DNA of 64,000 nucleotides, taken from positions 213,602 through 277,601 of IMG/VR virus record IMGVR_UViG_3300017792_000001; one strand, given 5' to 3'. The position numbers were made by a program, and so were the translations under genes. Positions within the stretch are counted from its first letter, which is position 1; each line of letters starts with the position of its first letter. This DNA comes from a virus (lineage: Duplodnaviria > Heunggongvirae > Uroviricota > Caudoviricetes). The notes beneath the pieces are model-generated. The model saw nothing but the letters and a program-made list of their open reading frames with translations, was not told the origin of the DNA and ran no database searches. Shown in pieces: positions 58,701 through 64,000 of this stretch.

Positions 58701-59011
58701 CTGCGTCTAGCTTGGCTGCAGCCAATCCAATGTCGTCTGTGAACCGTAGTTCGTCGGCACCAACAACCGTGACTTCGACTGCGACTGCACCAGAACCAGT
58801 GGAGCGCCAGCAGTACGAACCTGTGAAGTCGGTAATGATGATCGAACCGAAACAACAGGACACCATGATGCCGCAACGAATGAAGCCTGCTGGAGACAAG
58901 ATCAGTTCCAAGGGCGTTTCGGAAGGCAACTCTGTTCGTCAGACACTCGACGATGCGCCAGCAGTCATTACAGACCAAGGCCTCGTCATGCTTCAAGTGG
59001 GGTTCATCTAA
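55769..59011 (+). CDS. Tape-measure-like protein with lysozyme-like domain
   Basis: After chaperones; EESGKGGVGTVSTGKGDNGGVSYGSHQL..STGIQYG; Gly/Ala hydrophobic segments. Confidence 0.75.
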   Translation: MNAASALERMNSVASKFDTASDLMQSAANDTKEDTVEVKDKEQKPGKAGKKAAAPAASPKKEKADVHTMSSRSRPEAKAVKNYNEHNQTTINKHLPANDDGQVERQNKQIALAQQQAISMKQLNSTMKEILTVLEKDKNKITPKTQEFAKSKGFADVIGQAKDGMIDKIGSLLGDLMGDFKSKLGDLGDMIGGGKDKKRGKKKGRSRSRDRARQQRREAARIRAGGAPGGGPNAGGGWWSNAGDRLKGMFGGGGGAHGGGGGRPRFGGGGGRVGTALKIGAGIAGAVGSYEGVKWLGGKLGMVSKSEESGKGGVGTVSTGKGDNGGVSYGSHQLSSKTGSMTAFLQSADGQPYAQQLQGLQPGSAAFTQKYKEIAANDGENFEKAQDQYLNRTHYAPQVKKVSQDTGMDFSKKGRAVQEMLYSTGIQYGPGSGVVSAALKGKNVANMSDSEIVQTVQDYKSATTDRYFSKSSGDVQASVANRALREKAKLLAMDKQELEAKAAGAKPQTTPPTGVTMAEAANDDNVEESTVASAAPAQNTPTTPAEPVGILPMAAGAGVGAAALLPTLMPGRAKPPTTPSLTPAPVATPSTPAIAEPHMGAAGGAERGAVRGGEQAAAAAGKGMLGRAGAKILPGANIALGAVDAYDIITDEEATRAEKEKGLAGVGGGFAGAAAGASAGTAAGTAIGAGIGSLFFGVGAIPGAAIGAGLGLAGGAVGGYFGYNAGSAAGEGLYDAALGSPEEQAAKAAATANPVAGSTPLMMLTQQKADETGDPQAVSAAAAMKTVDEAIKKSTAAISVVNKDAEKAKEDAAKAAAPETPAATPEVKASGPVASSSPQTPGDVNTMLAGAAATGVAAGLASAPSAAATAGGLGSGIAGALAAGLGLPPGWAESITSGYGDALAAQAQAMGSDAVLPSPTAPVKASAPVTAPVPTPTVSMPATQKAPPVVTAPQPSQPVAPTSPASSAFYKDADIAPSASSLAAANPMSSVNRSSSAPTTVTSTATAPEPVERQQYEPVKSVMMIEPKQQDTMMPQRMKPAGDKISSKGVSEGNSVRQTLDDAPAVITDQGLVMLQVGFI

Positions 59012-59730
59012 TGGCAGCAATCGGAAGTATGCACACCCCAGCCCTGCTGTTTGCCAGTAATCCAGCAGGGCGTGTTGGTGCAGTAAAGCCAAACATCCCT
59101 GACATCTACAAGGCCGAGCTGATCGTGCAGCGTGACGGTGCAGACTACCTGCGCATCGACACACCACTGCCTGAGAACTACATGCTCAGCCTTGCAACGT
59201 CGTGGGACAACCCGTTCAACCAACCGCTGTCCAACTTTGCAACTGGTGCAGGTGGTGCGCCCGGTAAAGCGGCAGACATCGCATCTACGGGTGTGACGGC
59301 AGCAACAGGCTTCACCACTCTCAACAAGTGGTTGTCTGGTGCTGTCTGGACCGGCGGTTCGATGATGAAGCTGGACATTCCGTTCGTCATTCAAGCGTAT
59401 GAGAATCCGAAAGAGGAAGTCGTGCGCAAGATGCTGGACTTGATGAAGCTGGTTGCTCCGAGTGAGTACGCCGGTCAGTTTCTGCGAGCACCAGGCCCGT
59501 ACATGCGTGCACCGAACTCTGGTGGCCTCGCAGGTGACATGATCACCGTGAACATCGGCAAGTTCTTTACCATGAGCCCGTGCATCATCGACAACGTGAC
59601 TGAAACGTTCGACACCCAGTTCGACCACAACGGTGACCCTATCGGTGTGACGATCAACGTTTCGGTTATTTCTTACTTCACCACCACGCAAGAAGACCTT
59701 ACTCGGTTCTTCGCGCCTTCTCTGGGGTAA
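59011..59730 (+). CDS. Baseplate tube-cap protein (gp48-like)
   Basis: LPENY..SW, CIIDNV..F, PIGVTINVS. Confidence 0.65.
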   Translation: MAAIGSMHTPALLFASNPAGRVGAVKPNIPDIYKAELIVQRDGADYLRIDTPLPENYMLSLATSWDNPFNQPLSNFATGAGGAPGKAADIASTGVTAATGFTTLNKWLSGAVWTGGSMMKLDIPFVIQAYENPKEEVVRKMLDLMKLVAPSEYAGQFLRAPGPYMRAPNSGGLAGDMITVNIGKFFTMSPCIIDNVTETFDTQFDHNGDPIGVTINVSVISYFTTTQEDLTRFFAPSLG

Positions 59731-59734
59731 TGCT

Positions 59735-60070
59735 ATGCCTGATATTACCCAAGCGAAGACGTTTGCCGTGATTGATGAATTGGGTGTAGACCCGCTTCGC
59801 GACAAAAGCTTCGATGCGATCATGACGATCCGGAGCTTCAAGTACCACACGGTGGCACCAGAGGAACAGCACAACATGCCTCTGATTGCCTACAACGTGT
59901 ACTTGAATGAGGAATATTGGAGAGTCCTCATGATCTATAATGGAATAGCCGATATGTTTGCGTTGAAGACAGGGCAGCGGATTAAAATCCCTGCTCTCGC
60001 GCTGATCACGTCAGCCCTCACAAACATACTCGCCGACGAACCCGCATCAGCGGCCACTGTGAGTATCTGA
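59735..60070 (+). CDS. Baseplate wedge protein (gp53/LysM-like)
   Basis: LIAYNVY..YWRVLMIYNGI..LKTGQRIKIP. Confidence 0.8.
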   Translation: MPDITQAKTFAVIDELGVDPLRDKSFDAIMTIRSFKYHTVAPEEQHNMPLIAYNVYLNEEYWRVLMIYNGIADMFALKTGQRIKIPALALITSALTNILADEPASAATVSI

Positions 60071-60073
60071 ATC

Positions 60074-62599
60074 ATGGAAGCAACACTAGACGTTCAGGAC
60101 ATCGCGTATTGCACCCTCGACATTGAGGGCAGTCGCATTCCGCCGACAATGAACTTCGTGGACTCGATCTTTATCCAGGATGGATTTGCTGTGTCGATTC
60201 CCGTGCTGCAACTCATCCTCAACGATGAACGCAACACACTCGCCGAGGAAATGAACCTCGTTGACGGCACCTTGATCACCATCAAGATCGCCAAGACCCG
60301 TGAGAAGGTACAGACCCGTAAGTTCCGCGTTTGGGGCTACAAGAAGCAGACGACTGCCAAAGGTCCGAAGCTGGTCTGTACCGCCGTACTCGACTGTCCA
60401 AAGTGGAGCGCAGGTGTCTTCACTGAGTCCATTCGTGGTACATCTGACGCAGTGATTGGTCAGTTGGCTTCGCGTGCTGGCCTCAAGTACAGCGGCCCTC
60501 CTGCTGTCGATGATGTGCAGACCTGGCTCAACGTGAACAAGACCCGCAATGCGTTCTCTGAGGACGTAGCGATTCGTGGGTACGGTTCCGGTCAGACTTG
60601 CATGGCGCGCTTGCTCACCATGGACTATGAAGTCCGCTACCGTGATCTGTTCGCTGTGCTGAAAGAGGCGCCAAAGTGGAGCTTCCTCCAGAACACACCA
60701 GAAGGTGCAGCGAAAGCCACACCAATCGTCATTCGTGAAACCCAAGATGCGTCTGCGTCTGGGTTCGCCACGCACATGATGAACTACGGTCAGAAGCAAT
60801 ACGAGCACAGCCTGAACGAAGCTGGGCAGTTGAGCACCTTGACGCTCGATGCTCCGCTGCTCGGTAAAGCGCTGCCTGTGAACAATGACGTTCGTGGGCA
60901 GATTGCAGAACGCGGCGCCAAGGTCAACTACACGGGTTTCGATACCGGTACTGAGCCTGCACCTGCGTCGAACCTGCACCAGCATTACGAAGCTGCCTTC
61001 TACCAGAACATGCGCTACCTTGGTCTGTTCTCGGAGCGCGTTGTGCTGCTGAGTGATGAATGCACGGAAGCAACCACGTTCGACTGCTGTGAGTATCAGC
61101 ACGCCAACCAAGACAACCAGACATTCAAACCGTCTGCGCAACTCGGTGGCAACTGGTTGCTCGGCGGTAAGACCCAGTGGATCAAAGCTGGTCACAAGTT
61201 CTCTGAGGTGTATTACCTCTACCGTGCTGCGATCATGGAAACTGGCTCGACTGCAACTGCGGGTGGTGGCAAGTCCAACAGTCAACAGAACGCGAAAGCG
61301 AACGCAGGTCCGAACGATCTAGCTGCTGAGCAAGCTGCACAGGATCAGGCTGCAGCCGCAACTGCTAGTCCGCAAACACCGCCAATCACTGGTGCGACAA
61401 CTGCCGTAGCGCCGCCGGGTACTCCTGGTGCACCGAATACTCCAGTGACAAGCGCAAGCGCTGCAACGAACACCCTGAATGCTTTGAAAGAGCACGCTGA
61501 GGTGTCGAAGGCGCAGTCGATCATCCCGCTGTCGAAGAACGGTGTGGGCAACAATGTGCTGGCAAGTCAGGACAAGCTGCGCAGTGCCATCAAGCAATAC
61601 AGCCAGACCTCAGGTCCGTTGCGCAATCAACTCGACACAGGCTCAGGCATCAGCACGCTCGACGGTTGGAAGGTCGTCAAGAAGTACGGCGGTTCGACCA
61701 TCAATGCGCTTGCGAACGCTCAACGCGATCCACGACGTCTTGCGTCCGAGATTGAACGCATCCGCAATAATCCCGACTACCTGAAGACGCAAGCTATCCA
61801 GACTGTCACGAAGGCAGGTTCGGATGTAACGGGTGTGCGTCTGCACAACATCGTCAGTGCCGCATCAGGTAAGAAGGTGAGTCCTGGTGCTCTCGTTGGT
61901 GACGTGCTCAACGGTGGTCTTTGGTCGAAAGACTTGAAAGCTGCTGGCATTTCTCCTTCGCAGATCAAGATCCCTATCCCTGACGTACTCAAGGAAGTTG
62001 TCGCAAATCCTGCCGTAGATTTCGGCGGTGAGTTCCTGCACAACGCAACAGGTCTTGGTCTTGATAGCCGCAACATTATGATCAACCCGTACGCTACTGC
62101 ACGCAACATTGAGAAGTGGTCTACTTCCACGAATCCGCAGAAGCTGCTCGTTGACTCTGGTGCACGCGCCTACATCAACACCTTCGGTCATATCAGTCCG
62201 AAAGAGGCTGAAACGACTATGGCAGACATCGGCAAGCTTGCTGGTGAAGTCGCCGTGATGTACAGCAAGAACTCCGTACTGACAGATTCCAGTTTGACTG
62301 ACCGTCAGATGAAGGATCTGGGTAAGGACGTAGCATTCACCTTTGGCGATCCTTCGATTGTTCCACTGGTCAACCAAGTCACTCGCGTTGTCGATTACGG
62401 CACGCATCATGACATCACTACCAACAAGTCGTTGGTTACGTGGGCTGACTATTACTCGATGGGTACCAAGACAGCGGATGCAGCAGGAAAATGGAAGATT
62501 CCCCTGGACTTCCCAGGCGAACCAATCACCAAGAGTTCGGTGACGAACGGAAACACTACGCAGTTTGACGAGAGCACTCAAAAATGGATGCAAAGCTAA
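60074..62599 (+). CDS. Baseplate hub (gp27/gpD-like) with large C-terminal extension
   Basis: Position after LysM protein; LQLILND..LGGNWLL hub-like N-terminal about 390 aa. Confidence 0.65.
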   Translation: MEATLDVQDIAYCTLDIEGSRIPPTMNFVDSIFIQDGFAVSIPVLQLILNDERNTLAEEMNLVDGTLITIKIAKTREKVQTRKFRVWGYKKQTTAKGPKLVCTAVLDCPKWSAGVFTESIRGTSDAVIGQLASRAGLKYSGPPAVDDVQTWLNVNKTRNAFSEDVAIRGYGSGQTCMARLLTMDYEVRYRDLFAVLKEAPKWSFLQNTPEGAAKATPIVIRETQDASASGFATHMMNYGQKQYEHSLNEAGQLSTLTLDAPLLGKALPVNNDVRGQIAERGAKVNYTGFDTGTEPAPASNLHQHYEAAFYQNMRYLGLFSERVVLLSDECTEATTFDCCEYQHANQDNQTFKPSAQLGGNWLLGGKTQWIKAGHKFSEVYYLYRAAIMETGSTATAGGGKSNSQQNAKANAGPNDLAAEQAAQDQAAAATASPQTPPITGATTAVAPPGTPGAPNTPVTSASAATNTLNALKEHAEVSKAQSIIPLSKNGVGNNVLASQDKLRSAIKQYSQTSGPLRNQLDTGSGISTLDGWKVVKKYGGSTINALANAQRDPRRLASEIERIRNNPDYLKTQAIQTVTKAGSDVTGVRLHNIVSAASGKKVSPGALVGDVLNGGLWSKDLKAAGISPSQIKIPIPDVLKEVVANPAVDFGGEFLHNATGLGLDSRNIMINPYATARNIEKWSTSTNPQKLLVDSGARAYINTFGHISPKEAETTMADIGKLAGEVAVMYSKNSVLTDSSLTDRQMKDLGKDVAFTFGDPSIVPLVNQVTRVVDYGTHHDITTNKSLVTWADYYSMGTKTADAAGKWKIPLDFPGEPITKSSVTNGNTTQFDESTQKWMQS

Positions 62600-62835
62600 T
62601 CACCCGTGAATACCTGCTGTCGCTGATTGCCAAATGTACATTCACTCGACGCGATACCACGACCATCTGCAAACTGGACCTCAAGAATGCCCCGTTCCCA
62701 ATCAAAGCGGAAGCTCGGTGTACGTTCCGTCAGGAATTCAATGCTGCGCTAGGTGAGAAGATCGCCTACGACAATGCCTTGAAAGCCCTGAAGGAGCTTG
62801 AGATTTACGCGGCGCACAAGAACTGTAAATCGTAG
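62584..62835 (+). CDS. N4 Gp49/Sf6 gp66-family protein (Acb4-like sponge candidate)
   Basis: TTTICKLDLKN..AEARC..FNAALGEKIAYDNA..LEIY. Confidence 0.7.
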   Translation: MDAKLITREYLLSLIAKCTFTRRDTTTICKLDLKNAPFPIKAEARCTFRQEFNAALGEKIAYDNALKALKELEIYAAHKNCKS

Positions 62836-62859
62836 AAAAGCTGGGGAGCATCTACTAAC

Positions 62860-63282
62860 ATGGCATTTAGACACGACATTGCCAACAACTGGATCCGCGT
62901 CGATCTGGTTGTTGACATGAATCACCATGAGGACTCTGCCGATTACCTCGTAAAGATGATGAACAACTACGCACCGCGAGCCTGCATTAAGATAGGTACC
63001 ACGGTGCGTTTGTCTCACCTTGAAATGTCTGCGGATCTGTTTGATCGCATCAAGCATCTGCACGACCGCTTCCCAGCGTTCCGGATGATCGAGTACCGTT
63101 TGCTCAAGGCTCGCAACATTCTGGGACTGCTGTGCGGCACCACAGTGTATCGTAACGACAAGCTGCAACACTGCATTCAGTTCCAGTACACGGACGTGCT
63201 GGCGCGGGACACCGACGCAATGGTTGATCCTGCTTTCATTAACCATCCGAAGGGAGCACCGTCTCCATTCATATACAGCTAA
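62860..63282 (+). CDS. Hypothetical protein
   Basis: GGGAG RBS; ACTGTAAA upstream. Confidence 0.7.
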   Translation: MAFRHDIANNWIRVDLVVDMNHHEDSADYLVKMMNNYAPRACIKIGTTVRLSHLEMSADLFDRIKHLHDRFPAFRMIEYRLLKARNILGLLCGTTVYRNDKLQHCIQFQYTDVLARDTDAMVDPAFINHPKGAPSPFIYS

Positions 63283-63301
63283 AAGCTGATAAGGGAATCT
63301 A

Positions 63302-64000
63302 ATGACAATTCAGAGCGACATTTGGATTGAAGAACAATGCACGCGCCCGACGCATGTAGAGTTGAACCGTGACGGTGAAGTCATCGGCTACCACCTCAAT
63401 CCGTTTCGAGGTGGTCGCGGTGTTTCAGGTGATCGTATCGTCATCGAAGCCGATGAAATGCGCTTGGCCGACTGGAAGCCGATGATTCATCCGTTCTCTC
63501 GTGACCAGATTCGCACTGGTGATGATGGCGGTAAAGCGATCAGTCATGGGCTGAGTTCTTTCGGGTATGACGTGCGTTGCGGCATGGAGTTTGAAGTCTT
63601 CACCAACGTCAACGGCGGCACAGTTGACCCGAAGAACTTCGACAAGAAGATGCTGCATCGGGTTGAAGGTTCCGAGTGCATCATTCCACCGAACAGCTTT
63701 GCTCTAGCGCGTACCGTTGAATGGTTCAAGATCCCGCGTGACGTGCTGGTCATCTGCCTCGGCAAGAGCACCTACGCACGCTGCGGCATCATCGTCAACG
63801 TGACCCCGCTTGAGCCGGAGTGGGAAGGTCAAGTGACCTTGGAGTTCTCGAACACCACTACTCTGCCTGCCAAGATTTACGCGAACGAAGGCGTGGCACA
63901 GATGCTGTTCCTGCAAGGCAACGAGCCGTGCCGCGTGTCGTATAAAGATCGTGACGGCAAGTATCAAGGCCAGTCAGGCGTGACGCTGCCAAGGAGTTGA
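63302..64000 (+). CDS. dcd: dCTP deaminase
   Basis: [44 protein letters not shown]. Confidence 0.96.
   Translation: MTIQSDIWIEEQCTRPTHVELNRDGEVIGYHLNPFRGGRGVSGDRIVIEADEMRLADWKPMIHPFSRDQIRTGDDGGKAISHGLSSFGYDVRCGMEFEVFTNVNGGTVDPKNFDKKMLHRVEGSECIIPPNSFALARTVEWFKIPRDVLVICLGKSTYARCGIIVNVTPLEPEWEGQVTLEFSNTTTLPAKIYANEGVAQMLFLQGNEPCRVSYKDRDGKYQGQSGVTLPRS

Noticed and set aside
1393-62593. Many long minus-strand ORFs (e.g. 25712-27631, 44471-46558, 51145-52635)
   Set aside because: They mirror + strand genes codon for codon, lack RBSs and recognisable motifs; antisense shadows of biased codon usage.

Overview
A 64-kb segment of a large lytic myovirus (T4-like gene repertoire, very divergent sequences), with essentially all genes on the + strand. 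The dCTP deaminase is strongly Pseudomonas-like, suggesting a gammaproteobacterial host. A relationship to the Lu11/PaBG/RSL1-type jumbo phages is my guess and is not verified. Layout: 1-22 kb is a replication/transcription block (cluster of extreme-charge proteins, two sigma-like factors, gp32-like SSB, RecA/UvsX, DnaB). 23-27.6 kb is packaging (terminase, KTSC protein, portal), followed by a structured ncRNA candidate. 28-44 kb holds accessory and probable virion-internal proteins (NADAR, gp5-like spike, Ig-like protein, HAD, SprT protease, MmcB, Tmk, type IB topoisomerase). 44.5-62.6 kb is the head and contractile-tail module, then a Gp49/Acb4-like ORF and dcd. Most notable: (1) a histone-H1-like plus poly-acidic protein cluster, with matching K-block/D-block tails on SSB, RecA and DnaB (candidate phage chromatin/condensate system); (2) a ~140-nt promoter-to-terminator structured RNA directly after the portal gene; (3) a shared N-terminal leader and A/S-x-A/S motif marking probable capsid cargo, including TopIB and SprT; (4) three promoter classes alongside two phage sigma factors; (5) apparently inactive ligase and methyltransferase homologues. 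All calls come from motif recognition by eye; no searches were run.
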